From the human T2T-CHM13v2.0 reference genome, Homo sapiens: a stretch of 64,000 bases of DNA. The notes below the pieces were generated by a model. The model had not been told where the DNA came from, searched no databases, and was given only the letters and a program-made list of their open reading frames with translations. Shown in pieces: positions 13,661 to 31,097 of this stretch; within the stretch, counting starts at the first letter, position 1; each line of letters begins with the position of its first letter. Position numbers and translations under genes: made by a program. Location of the stretch: assembly GCF_009914755.1 (NCBI RefSeq), contig NC_060932.1, one strand, 5' to 3'.

Positions 13661-14780
13661 GATTTAATTTTTTAAGTACATACATATAGGTCTACCCAGA
13701 TTGGGTCTTTCAAGGAACTGATTCATTTTATCTAAGTTCTCAAATTTGCAGGCATAAAGTTGTCCAAAATATTCTTTTATTGTCCTTTTAATGTCCAAGG
13801 GATTTGTAGTGATGTCTCTTTTTTTATTTCTGATGCTAATAATTAGTGTCCTCTCCTTTTTTTTTTTTTTAGCTAGCCTGGCTAGAAGCTTATTAATCTT
13901 TTCAAAGAAAGAGCTTTAGATTTTGTTGAATTTTTTCTATTGATTTTCTGTTTCTAATTTTACTGATTTCAGCTCTATATTTTCTCGTTTCTTTCCTACT
14001 TTGGAGTAATTTGCTCTTCTTTTAGGGAATTATTGATTTTACATTTTTCTTCTGTTCTAATATACGCATCCAATGCTATAAATTTCTCTCTAAGCACTGC
14101 TTTCATTGCGTCTCACAAATGTCAACAAATTGCTTTCATTTTCAGTTAGTTCAAAATATTTTTAAATTTCTCTTGAGATTTCTTCATTGATTCATGTTAT
14201 TTAGAAGTGTATTGCTTAAACTCCAAGTATTTTGGAATTTTCCAGACATTTTTTCTGTTCTGATTCCTAGTTTTGTTAACTGCATGAGAGCAGATGTCGT
14301 GTGATTTCTTTTCTATTAAATTTGTTAAGGTGTGTTTTATGATGCAAAATGTGGTCTATTTGGGTGAATGTTTCATGTGAGCTCAAGAATAATGTGTATT
14401 GTCCTGCTGTTGGATGAAGTTCTCTATAGATGTCAATTATACCCAGTTGATTGATGGTGTTGTTGAATTTAACTACATAATTACTGATTTTTGCCTGCTG
14501 GGATTTGTCCATTTCTGATAGAATGGTGTTGAAGTCTCTGATTATGACAGTGGATTCATCAATTTCTCCTTGCAGTTCTGTTTCTGTGTCACATTTTTGT
14601 GCTCTGTTTTCAGGCACATACATATTAAAAATTTTTATGCCTTCTTGGAGAACTGACCCCTTTATCATTATGTAATGCCTCACTCTATCTCTGATAAATT
14701 TCCTTGCTCTGAAGACCTATTATTAATCTATAAGTGTCATTGTATTTAAAACGGGCTTCTTGTAGACAACATATGCTTAG

Positions 14781-15234
<454 letters not shown>

Positions 15235-16880
15235 TAGATTAGTTATACTTCTTTTTATAAAAATTTCTTTAGCAATTGCCCTAGAATTTGCAATATACAT
15301 TTATAATAAAAAAATTGCAATATACATTTACAACTTTCAAGAACCATTATACCACTTCTTATATAGTGCAAGTACCTTATAATAAGAAAATAACCCTAAG
15401 TCCCTTCTCCTATCCTTTGGATCATAACTGTCATTCATTTTGCTTATATTTAAATATATATGTGTATATATATTTATTTAGATACATATATGTATATATA
15501 TTTATATAATATATATCAAATACAGTGTAGAATGTTGCCATTATTATTTTAAATTAACTGTTATTTGTTAGGTCAACTGAAAATAAGAAAACAAAAGTTT
15601 TTACTTTATCTTTAATTATTCCTTCTCTCATGCTCTTTCTTTATGCAGAACCCAGTTTCTGACCTATATCATTTTCCTTCTCTGTAAAGAATTGCTTTTA
15701 ACATTTCTTGTGAGGCAGGCTTACCGGCAACAAATTCTTTCAATTTTTGTGTTTCTGGAAAAGTCTTTGTTTTTCCTTCATTTTTGAAGGATGATTTCTC
15801 TTTAAATATTTCACTTCACTTCCTTCTCTCCTGCATGATTTCCGAAGAGAAGTCAGTCAGTTCTTATCTTTGCTCCTCTATAGGTGTAAGGTGATTTCTT
15901 CCTTCTGATTTCTTTTAGAATTTTTTCTTAATCTTTGATTTTCTGTAATTTGAATATAATATGCTTTTGACTTTTTTTTTTTTTGGCTTTCATCCTACGT
16001 GATTTTCTCTAGGCTTCCTAAGTCTGTGGTTTGGTGTCTGACATTAATTTTGGGAAATTCTCAGTCATTATTGTTACAAATACTTCTTCTCTTCCTGGCT
16101 ATATTTCTTCTTCTAGTATTTTCATTAAACGTTTTTAAACTTTTGTAGTTGTCCCAGTCCTTAAATATCTTTTTCCTTTTTTTTTTTTCTTTGCTTTCAG
16201 TTTGGGCACTTTCTCTTGAGAGATGCTCAAGCTCAGAGATTCCTTCCTCAACCATGTTCAGTCTGCTCATAAGCCCATAGAAGCATTCTTCATTTCTGTT
16301 ACATTTTCTGATCTCCAGCATTTCTTTTCAGTTTTTACTTAGAATATTCATCTCTCTGCTTACATTGCCTATCTGTTCTTGCATGCCATCTACTTTATTC
16401 ATCAATGTCCTTAGCATATTAATCATAATTCTAGATTCCTGATCTAATAATTTCAATACCCCTGTCACATCTGAGTAAGGTTCTCATGCTTGTTATCTCT
16501 TCAGCCTGTTTTTGCCTTTTAATATGGCTTGTAATTTTTTCTTTTTTTCCAAACACTCAGACTTCAATGAGATGGAATTTTTTCTTAATAGCAGACACGT
16601 TGTACTCAGTAAAAGGAACTGCTATAAATAGGCCTTTAGTAATGTGTAGGTAAGGTGAGAGGAGGGACTGGAAAGCATACTATAGTCCTATGATTCAATT
16701 TCAGTCTTTTAGCGGGCTTGTGCCTCCGGACTATGAACTTCACAAGTGCTTCCCCCTCCCCGCTTACCCCTACTCCCCCATCCACCACCCCAGTAGGTGA
16801 GACAGGATGGCAGAGTAGGCTGAAGTTGGGAATTTTCCTTCTTCCAGGTGGAAAGCTAGAGGGAGCTGAAGTTGGATACT

Positions 16881-18215
16881 GTTCAGGAGAAAAAACCAAG
16901 GATGTGGCCAAAGATTAGTCACCATTTAAACAGAAGACAGGGCCTATCATCCAAGACAATGGAAGAATGAGCCCAAAGGCAACTGAGAATTCATCAGGGC
17001 TGCTACTCCCTTCACATACCCAGAGTGCCCAAAGCCCCAGTGTGCATGTGGTCACTGCAGGGAGCCCTTGTTAGGGCGATGCTCAGCAGATTCACGGCAG
17101 CCTGGCTACCCCTGTGACTTCAGGCTAATAGACTCACCAGTGTCCAATTCTAGCTCTGGGGAACTTCAGACACATGACCCAGGCACACAACCACCTTGGA
17201 GGTGGGCACCACACAGAATGCCAAAGCCATGGGGACAAGGTTGCCAATCCCATAGGTCCAGAAAGCAGGACCCCTGCTCCAGGGGCCTGGAAGGCAAATT
17301 ATCAAATTAAAGAAAATTATTCTCACACTTTACCAGGTGTGAGAATAATTACTCTGGTAAAATAGTTTCTTCTGAGGGTAGACCTTGTTGAGAACAACAG
17401 ACTACTCTGATATATTTTCAACTAGTTCCTTTTATCCTCCCTCTGCTGGAAGCGTAAGCAGATTTTTCTCCAATATTCACTGTGAGAACCTGGTGAAAGT
17501 AAAGATTCTCACACTTTAAGATTTTGGACTTACTTGGGATTTGTCACTGTTTTCTTTTCTATTTCTCCATTTTGGAATGGGAATGTCTATCCTATACCTG
17601 TGTCATTAATATATTTTGGAAGCATATGTTTGATTTCATGTGTTCAGAGCTGGAGAGCAATTTGCCTCAGAATGAAGTGTAGCTTGAGTCTCACTTATAT
17701 CTGATTTAGATAATATTTAGATAAAACTTTGGACTTCAGGTTTTTGAGTTGATAATTGGAATGGCTTAAAACTTTGGGGACTATTGTGATGGAATGAACA
17801 TATTTTTCATGCAGGAAGAACATAAATTTGGAGAGGCCAGGAGCAGAATGTTATGGGCTGAATATTTGTGTCTCCTCAAAATTCATGTATTGAAATCCTA
17901 ATCACCAAGGTAATGCTATTTGGAAGTGGGACGTTTAGGAGGTGATTCTGTTATAAAGGTATAGCCCTCATTAATGAGATTAGTGCCCTTGTAAAAGAGT
18001 CTCAAGAGAGACCCATGCTCCTTCCACCATGTGAGAATATAAAGGGGAAGATGGCCATCTATGAACCAGGAAGTGGGCTTTCATGAGACATTGAATCTGC
18101 TATTGCCTTGATCTTGGACTTCCCAGCCTCTAGAACTATCAGAAATAAATTTCTGTTATTTAGAAGCCACCCAGTCTAGGGTATTTTGTTACAGCAACCT
18201 GAATGGACTAAGACA
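16881..18215 (+). mobile_element. MaLR (MLT1A-like) internal fragment plus 3' LTR (LTR 17849-18215)
   Basis: Internal sequence ends in a purine-rich tract (gagaggccaggagcagaa) directly before TGTTATGGGCTGAA; LTR ends GGACTAAGACA. Confidence 0.8.
17352..17494 (+). repeat. 143-bp direct duplicate of 18317-18459
   Basis: Manual alignment: 138/143 identical, no gaps. Confidence 0.95.
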
Positions 18216-18840
18216 AATATTTTTCTTCTTCCACAAGGAAAGTTAAAACTTGCTGAAGTTGAATATTTCTCTTTCCCCAGGTCAGTTAGGCTCTGATAAA
18301 ATCCCAGCAGTGTAGGCTCTGGTAAAATAGTTTCTTCTGAGGGTAGACCTTGTTGAGAACAACAGACTACTCTGATATATTTTTAAATAGTTCCTTTTAT
18401 CCTCCCTCTGCCGGAAGTGTAAGCAGTTTTTTCTCCAATATTCACTGTGAGAACCTGGTCAAGCTCCTGGAGGAAAAACTCAACAACAGTATGGGGCCCC
18501 CAGTGACTGAACCCACACCCCTGGAGTTTTTATCTCTCAGACTTGTCCATGCTGAGCCTCCTGTGATTGATCAATTACAATTCAGTTTCCCAACCCTGGT
18601 CATGGTTCCTGTGGATGTTCTTGTTCTGGTGAATTGTTATTCTCTTTATCTTCCTGTCTGTCTTTCCAATTCTAAAGGCAGCAATTTGTCCTGTGATATC
18701 GTTTCTCTTACAAATTCATGAAGAGTTTTTAATTTTTCAGTTTGTTCAGCTTTTTACTTATTGGTAGGACAGAGTGGCAACTTCCAGACTTCTTACATGC
18801 CAGACTGGAAACCGGAAGTCTCTGAATTGGTTTTAATATG

Positions 18841-18958
18841 TGTCTTAGTCTACTTATGCTGCTACAACATAATATCTGAGAATGTGTGATTTATAAAGAA
18901 CACAAATTTATTTCTCACAGTTCTAGATGCTGACAAGTTAAGATAAAGTTACTAGCAT
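18841..18958 (-). mobile_element. MST-type MaLR LTR fragment
   Basis: tgtcttagtc...atttataaagaacacaaatttatttctcacagttct; ends at the next LTR. Confidence 0.75.
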
Positions 18959-19706
18959 TGAAATCGCCTTTGCAGAATTATAAGAAATGAGAGGAATCTA
19001 GCATGACTAACTCAATCTTGCTTCTAACTTCACAGGCTAAATTGTTTTTTGCTCATTCTAGTGTGGAGCTGAAGATACCTATGAGAGGAATTTAGTTTAT
19101 AGTTAAACTTTGAGGTGAAGAAAACTGACCCCTCTCCTTGTTCAGAGATTGAAGCCACATTCATAAGACAAGCTTAGAATTATGGGAGTGGCTTGAACTT
19201 TGCTAAAGAATAGGCATAGTTAAACAAGAACTTGCCAATGCTTAGCTTGCCTTTCTATAAGTTGTTTTCTGCCTCAGATCATTTATCTGGAGGTCACAAG
19301 ACTTATAACTTCCCCAACTACTCCTATAGATAACACCATAATTGTAAAACCTGAACCATCAGTCTTTGAGATATTATTCAGATTTAGTATTTCAGCAAAC
19401 CTAGAGATGCCACCTTGTTCTGAGATCCCCTCCAAGAAACTGACTCAGCTGCATGAAGACAGTTCAGACACCTCTGTGATTTGATCCCCAGCCAATCAAT
19501 TGTTTCAGTTCCTTAGCCCCCTGCCTGCCAAAGTAACCTTAAAATCCCTAGCCTCTGAATTCAGAGAGGTAGATTTGAGAAATACCCCCTGTTCTTCTGT
19601 TTGGCTGGCAGATAATTATTAAACTCATTCTTTGCAGCAATACTGCTGTTTTCAGTGTATTGGCTTTTCTGGGAAGCAGGCAAGAAGAACCTATCAGGCT
19701 TTGACA
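18959..19706 (+). mobile_element. ERV1 LTR, LTR8/LTR8B-like
   Basis: TGAAATCGCCTTTGCAGAATTAT start, atcttgcttctaac and ggaatttagtttatagtt blocks, gcaagaagaacc...TTGACA end. Confidence 0.75.
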
Positions 19707-19710
19707 CTAA

Positions 19711-20647
19711 CCTATACATCCAACAAATGACAAATATCCAGAATTGACAAAGAACTTAAACAAATCGAAAAAGACAAACAATTCCATCAAAAAGTGGGCT
19801 AAGGACATGAACAGACAATTCTCAAAAGACAATATACAAATGGCCAACAAGCATATGGAAAAATGCTCAACATCACTAATGATCAGGGAAATGCAAATCA
19901 AAACCACAATGCGATACCACCTTACTCCTGCAAGAATGGCCATAATCAAAAAATAATAGATGTTGGCGTGGATGCAGTGAAAAGGGAACACTTTTACACT
20001 ATTGGTAGGAATGTAAACTAGTACAACCACTATGGGAAACAGTGTGGAGATTCCTTAAAGAACTAAAAGTACATCTACCATTTTATCCAGCAATCCCACT
20101 ACTAAGTATCTACCCAGAGTAAAAGAAGTCAGTATACAAAAAAGATACTTGCACACACGTTTATAGCAGCACAATCCGCAATTGCAAAAATATGGAGCCA
20201 ACTCAAATGGCCATCAGTCAATGAATAGATAAAATATGATTTTATATGTGTGTGTGTGTGTGTGTGTGTGTCATGGAATACTACTGAGCCTTTACAAGGA
20301 ATGAAATAATGGCATTCACAGCAATCTAGATAGAATTGGAGATTATTATTATTCTAAGTGAAGTAACTCAGGAATGGGAAACCAAACATCATATGTTGTC
20401 ACTCATATGTGGAAGCTAAGCTATGAAGACACAAAGGCATAAGAATGATACACTGGACTTTGGGGACTCAGGGGAAAGGGTGGGGTGTGGTGAGGGATAG
20501 AAGACTACACATTGGATACAGTGTACACTGCTCAGGTGATGGGTGCACCAAAACCTCAGAAATCACCACTAAAAAACTTATTCATGTGACCAAACACCAC
20601 CTGTTCCCCAAAAAACCTATTGAAATAAAAAAAGTCATTAAAAAAAA
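19711..20647 (+). mobile_element. L1PB1-like 3' fragment with internal (TG)n (about 20247-20271)
   Basis: ORF2 C-terminus [23 protein letters not shown]; 3' UTR gctaagctatgaagacacaaaggcataagaatgatac...ctattgaaataaaaaa. Confidence 0.9.
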
Positions 20648-22179
20648 TCAGTGGTGAAAGGTGGCAATTTATATGTTTCTCTGAACCCGTGAGAAATAAC
20701 TACAATATAATAAAAATTTTATGTTAAAATCAGAGAAATATTTAGATAAAAATTTAATAATTGCATGGCTTGAAATCTATCAAGTTGGGTAACATTGGTG
20801 GGAAAAAGGGAATTTAATACTGATAATTCTTAGTTCTTATTTCAAAGTTATTTTATAATAAAATATAAACATAATGAATAATATTTGTATGGAGAAAAAA
20901 GAGACTACCTTAGTATCTGTCAGCTGAAGTCCATTTGACACTTCTCAGCTCAAAGTATTAAATGGTTTTTTGCAAAGGAGAAGCAGAAATAATGAACCAT
21001 TATACATGTGTATAAAAGAAAGTGAAAAACATCCCCTCCTGGACACAGAAAAGGAAACTGCCTGCAACTTCCTCACAGTTGGGACACAGTTGTAGTATAA
21101 TTTCCCAGGAAAGTGGTTTATGCTATTTAGGCTACAATTATATTGTTGCTATTGAACCAATACAGAACAGTTCTAGCTACAAGTCACCTGACTATATCAC
21201 AGTTAGACTACTCAGCTCTCAGAGCCCCTTCTCCTTCTATCAGACATCCGTCAGAAAACATTAATAAATTAACAACAGTCTGAGCTCTTATTCCACAATT
21301 TAAGACCCATTCCTCCCAAATCTGACCCTTTTTCAAAAATAGAAAGAAAGAAGCAAGGATGAGCACTTCCCTTGCTCTTGGTGCTCCTGCTGCGGACTTA
21401 CTAGACAGTTTTACATTTTAATAGGATTTACAGGTTTATAGATCTTTCTCCCCTGAGTCAGCATCAGCTCCTAGGACTGGTTCTTGGCACATACCACATA
21501 TTTGTTGAATGAACAAACGGAAAAATAAATGGAAAGATGAGAACTAATTTGCACATCTGATAGTCTCCCATATATAATTTGAAAGGAACTCCAAATGTAA
21601 CAAGTTTACAGTTTTTAAGGAGAGTTTGAGTTGCAGGAGTTCCCTTACACTGTGTTGCAAGGACCTTTGCATTTTGTTATGTCATGACAGGTAGCTTCCG
21701 GGAATTAATTTTACAAATTAATTCAGAGATAGAAGAGCCACAGGAAAGAGTCATACTAACTATAAATGTAGAAGAATCAAATTAGGGTAGAAAAATGAAA
21801 TCATTTCACAGGGACTTCCTCTAACTAGGTTGGTTCTACAGCCTCCCCCAACTCTCTCTGCTAACAGAAAGAGGAACTCACAACTTGGCTATGCAATCGC
21901 ATTACCTCACACTGCCGTGATGGTCCAGGGATGGACCCAGGGCCAAAGCCAAGGCAGCAGACTGCATCCCAGCCTCATTCAAACTGGCACTTTCTCCTTG
22001 GCCATGGCTGTGAGACTGTTCGGTGAGAAGCTTCTGGCAGCTATGCTCTAAGAAGACAGTCCACTTTCATAAAGAAGCAGAGAAGTGAACTAGAGAGCTT
22101 TGTGTCAATGTTGCGCCTCCACTTCTAGTAAATTGCAAAAATACCACAGTCCTTTCATGTTAAATGAGCCCTCGATCAG

Positions 22180-23190
22180 CTACATAATCTGCAGGGCCAA
22201 GTGCACAATGAAATTGGGGAGTCCCTTGTCCAAAAGCAGGAAAAACATGCCCTTAAATACTATTAAAACATAACGTATTTTCCTTTCTTCTGCGGTCTTC
22301 TGACTCGCCAAGTGTTTGTTGTTGCTCTTGTTGTTAACTAGCTCTTGCAGGCCGTGAGGATACTGACTGGCCAGCCCTGAACGTCATGCTCCTAGGGCCA
22401 AGACTTGGTGCACCTGAAGCTCTCCATGACAGGGGTCTGAGCCAGGAGTTTCCCCTTCCCAATGTGGACAGGGGGCCCCCAAAGGCATTGCACTTCCCCT
22501 CCAGGCCCACAGAGGTACCTAAATGAGAGATGGGCAACACCTTCGCTCCCTGACAACTCACACCATGATCCCAGCCTGGAACTACCCAAGGCCATGTGTA
22601 ACCCAACCCTCCTGGTACTTCACCCAGGCTGGCCTGCAGCTGAGGGCCACAGAGGGTGGCTAGGTTACCCAAGGCCATGTGTTACCCAGCTGAGGGCCAC
22701 AGAGGGTGGCTAGGGTTGGAAAGAGGGGTGCCAGATAAAATATGGACACTCAGCTAAATTTGAATTTCAGATAAACAACATAATTTTTTAGTATATCCCG
22801 TACAATATTTGGGACATATATTATTTGAAAACTATTTACTGTTTATCTGAAATTCAAATATAATTGGGCATCCTGTCTTGTTCTTTGCTTTTGTTTGTTT
22901 TTGCTAAATCTGGCAACCCTAGACCTGGGCACCAGAGGCTGGAGAAGTAGTCGGTGGAGAACCCATGCAGCCGGGGGAAGGAGACCTGTGAGCAGAAGCA
23001 CCGAGCCTCTGGTCCATGCTCCCTTGTCCCATCAGACTTCACTTACACATTCAGAGATAAAATTATTAAGAACATCAAAATGGCAAGCACAGAGCATTAA
23101 ACCCCAAGTGCAAGGCCTCTCTGACCGGAGTTCCCTGCCCCCGGATACCCCATTCCCTCCTGCAGCTACTTGAGTCACACCACATGACAC
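22180..23190. mobile_element. MER45-group (hAT-Tip100) relic, interrupted by MER53
   Basis: ggccaagtgcacaatgaaattggggagtcccttgtccaaaagcagg and atggcaagcacagagcattaaaccccaagtgc resemble MER45 ends. Confidence 0.55.
22723..22921. mobile_element. MER53 palindromic MITE
   Basis: GGGTGCCAGAT...ATCTGGCAACCCTA termini; internal inverted arms tttgaatttcagataaaca / tgtttatctgaaattcaaa. Confidence 0.9.
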
Positions 23191-24700
23191 CTCCCCAGTG
23201 AGCCATCAGAACTCCTTTCCTACATAAGCCAAGCTGGTCTGAGACCATTTCTGCTATTTGTTCACAAGAAGATTCTGATTAACACACCAAGATTCATATT
23301 TGTAAACTGAAAGGCTAAAGTTATGCATTTACGGAGGCAATGGAACTGGTAACATCTACAGTTTCATGATAAATTTTTATTCCCTGCCCTAGGGAAAATA
23401 TTTCTTCCTAAGCCACCTGGATCTCTACTGTACTCAAGAAATATTGAAAAATTCTTACTCACCCTTATTTCTTTTCCAATCTCCATGCAGAATATCACCC
23501 TCCTGTCTTGCCAATAATAAATGTCATCATTAATTAGGCCAAGTTTATTAAATTATATTTGTATTACCTCCTTGAGAATTTTTTCATGTGATTTAAAGGA
23601 CTTCCTCCTAGTCTCATCAGTAACAAATTATCTCTGAAGGTGATTTTCCCATTTTCATTTCTCTGTCAAAGCCTAAGTGTACACCCTATTTGTGGTATAC
23701 ATCATTCTTGCACAAAATATAGATTCTGCCACAATGTCATCTACAGGAATTTGCAGGTGGAAAGGCTGCCTCTCCCATAGTTCATCCCTTCAGGGATAAC
23801 TGATTATGAAGGAAAATACTGGGCTGAACTAATTTATCAACGTAAGCAACATATAATGCTAAGTGGAAAATTCTGCCATAAAAGAAGGGGGATTTTTCCC
23901 AGTTCATTGTCCAAGGGAATAGCATTATTGACTACTCAATAATTGTCCTTTGATTGCTTATCTCCATTCTTAAGATGGATTTCTAGACTGTCGAAATCAA
24001 CATACCCCCCTAAAGTTTATAAGGGAGCTCAATATTTCCGACCTTGAGCCTTACTGGTCACATAGCACTAATGACAAACAAGGGGAATTAGGCAGTGGAA
24101 AAGAAGAAAAGAGCTCTTCATTTCCTTGATTTAATTCCCTGGGGACTAAGGACTGATATTGAAACTATAAGAAAATAATCAGTAACGTCAGATTAAGCAC
24201 ATTAATAAACCATCTCCAATAAATTTGATAGCTCTATTTTTAAGATTAGCAAAATTTGTGAATAACAAGAAGACAACAGATGTTCTCGTTTGAAAGTTCA
24301 TTAGTATATCAAATATAACAACTTTACAAAATGTACTTTCAAAAATTATGACATTAATTAATGATACCATCAATCATTGAAAGATACTGAAATGACCATG
24401 GCTCTACCACCAAAAACAATTGGATGACTCATTAATTTGAAGAAAAAAATTAGTTGTGTTTTTTAATATGCTATTTCTGGATCATTGTTTAGGTTTTTTT
24501 ATTAGGGAACATTCATACCAGCCACCTCAACATTCTTCTCAAATGATCACTGGTGTATATTATCCGTCTGTTTTTCAACCTGGCTAGACAGTTTCATCAA
24601 CTAACATTTTCCCTTGATTTTCAGTTGCACTCCACTTAGTGGGGATAGTTAACGAGTTGCTGGACAAGTCCATCTTTACTTTAAAAGGAGGAAAAAAACC

Positions 24701-25400
24701 TGTATCTTAGCTCAGACTGCTGTAATAAAATATCATAGACAAGGTGGTTTAAACCAGGGGTCCCCAACCCTGGTGCCTTGTATCAGTTCATGGCCTGTTA
24801 GGAACTGGGCTGCACAGCAGGAGGTGAGCAACAAGCAAGTGAGCATTACCACCTGAGATCTGCCTCCTATCAGACCAGCAGCAGCATTAGATTCTCATGG
24901 GAGCATGAACCCTGTTGTGAAGTGTGCATGCAAGGTATCTAGGTTGCGCACTCCTTATAAGAATCTAATGGCTGATGATCTGTCACTGTCTCCCATCGCC
25001 TCCAGATGGGACCATCTAGTTACCAAAAATCAAGCTCAGGGCTCCCACTGATTCTACATTACAGTGAGTTGTATAGTTATTTCATTATATGTTACAATGT
25101 AATAATAATAGAAATAAAGTGCACGATGAATGTAATGTGCTTTAATCATCCTGAAACCACCCCCCAAACCCCCACAGTCTGTGGAAAAATTGTTTTCCAC
25201 AAAAACAGTCCCTGGTACCAAAAAGGTTGGGGATCACTGGTTTAAACAAAAGACATTTACTTCTCATGGTTCTGGAGGCTGGGAAGTCCAAAGTCCAAGA
25301 TCAAGGGCCAGCCAGTTTGGTCTTTGGTGAGAACCCCCTTCCTTGTTTGCTCACAGCCACCTTCAGACTCTATCCTCATATGGGGGAGAGAAAAAAAAGC
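24701..25400 (-). mobile_element. MLT1A-like MaLR LTR, split by MER1A and ending at Hsmar1
   Basis: ctcagactgctgtaataaaatatcatagac...ggtttaaac | acatttacttctcatggttctggaggctgggaagtcc. Confidence 0.82.
24755..25239 (+). mobile_element. MER1A hAT-Charlie DNA transposon
   Basis: Terminal inverted repeats (TIRs) CAGGGGTCCCCAACC / GGTTGGGGATCACTG; perfect 8-bp TSD GTTTAAAC (24747-24754, 25240-25247). Confidence 0.93.
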
Positions 25401-25422
25401 TATTAGGTTGGTGCAAAAGTAA

Positions 25423-25766
<344 letters not shown>

Positions 25767-25814
25767 CAGACCCTGAATTTTAAATCATTATAGCTGGGCT
25801 CAAACACATCTTTA

Positions 25815-26312
25815 TTAAATAAAACAGGAATAATTATAATCAACACATTTTTGCCAATGAGAAATAAGTTTGTTTACTCCTGTAGCATAAACATTCGTGC
25901 TTTCTGATTCAACAAACTCTTGGAAAGCATTTTCTACATCCTGCAGGTTGTGGAAGCATTTTCCCTGCAAAAAGTTGTCAAGATGCTTGAAAAAGCGAGA
26001 GTCGGTTGGCAAGAAATCAGGTGAATATGGAGGGTGAGGCAAAACTTCATAGCCCAATTTGTTCAACTTTTGAAGCATTGGCTGTGCAAGGTGCAGTTGG
26101 GCGCTGTCATGGAGAAGAATTGGGCCCCTTCTGTTGACCAATGCCAGCTGCAGGTGTTGTAGTTTTTTATGCATATCTTCAATTTGCTGAGCATACTTCT
26201 TAGATGTAATGGTTTTGCCGGGATTCAGAAAGCTGCAGTGGATCAGACCAGCAGCAGGCCACCGAAGAGTGATGGTGACCTTTTTTTGGTGCAAGTTTGG
26301 GTTTGGGAAGTG
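25815..26312 (-). pseudogene. Hsmar1/SETMAR-like transposase catalytic-domain fragment, stop-free
   Basis: HQKKV...AAGLIH.SFLNPG.TITS...GPILLHDS...LGYEVLPHPPYSPDFLPTD...WQKCVD matches the mariner DD34D domain; the track's 'M' is a TTG codon; HTH domains and first Asp are missing. Confidence 0.9.
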
Positions 26313-30903
<4,591 letters not shown>

Positions 30904-30999
30904 GTTGTTAATATGAGCAGCAATACATTGGATAACACAAGGTTCAGGATTTCTCGGACTATAGAATTTTGAAGCACCTGGACAAAGCCCTTGTAGAAA

Positions 31000-31097
31000 T
31001 GATTTCTCCAGAATTATGTAGTGAATGTAGTGAATGTAGTGAATGTAGTGAATTCTCCAGAATTATGTAGTGATTTCTCCAGAATTATGTAGTGAAT
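31000..31097. repeat. Composite tandem repeat (about 22-bp unit x3 with nested 9-bp ATGTAGTGA repeats)
   Basis: ttctccagaattatgtagtga occurs three times; atgtagtga is repeated four times in tandem. Confidence 0.9.

Noticed and set aside
13226-13675. 149-aa + strand ORF as L1 ORF0 or a novel gene
   Set aside because: Non-ATG start, antisense to a GC-rich old L1 5' UTR where stops are rare; no recognisable ORF0 peptide.
25815-26294. Calling the mariner frame SETMAR or a SETMAR retrocopy
   Set aside because: It has a TIR with TA, no SET-domain sequence, no poly-A tail, and Asp rather than Asn at the third catalytic position; it is an independent Hsmar1 copy.
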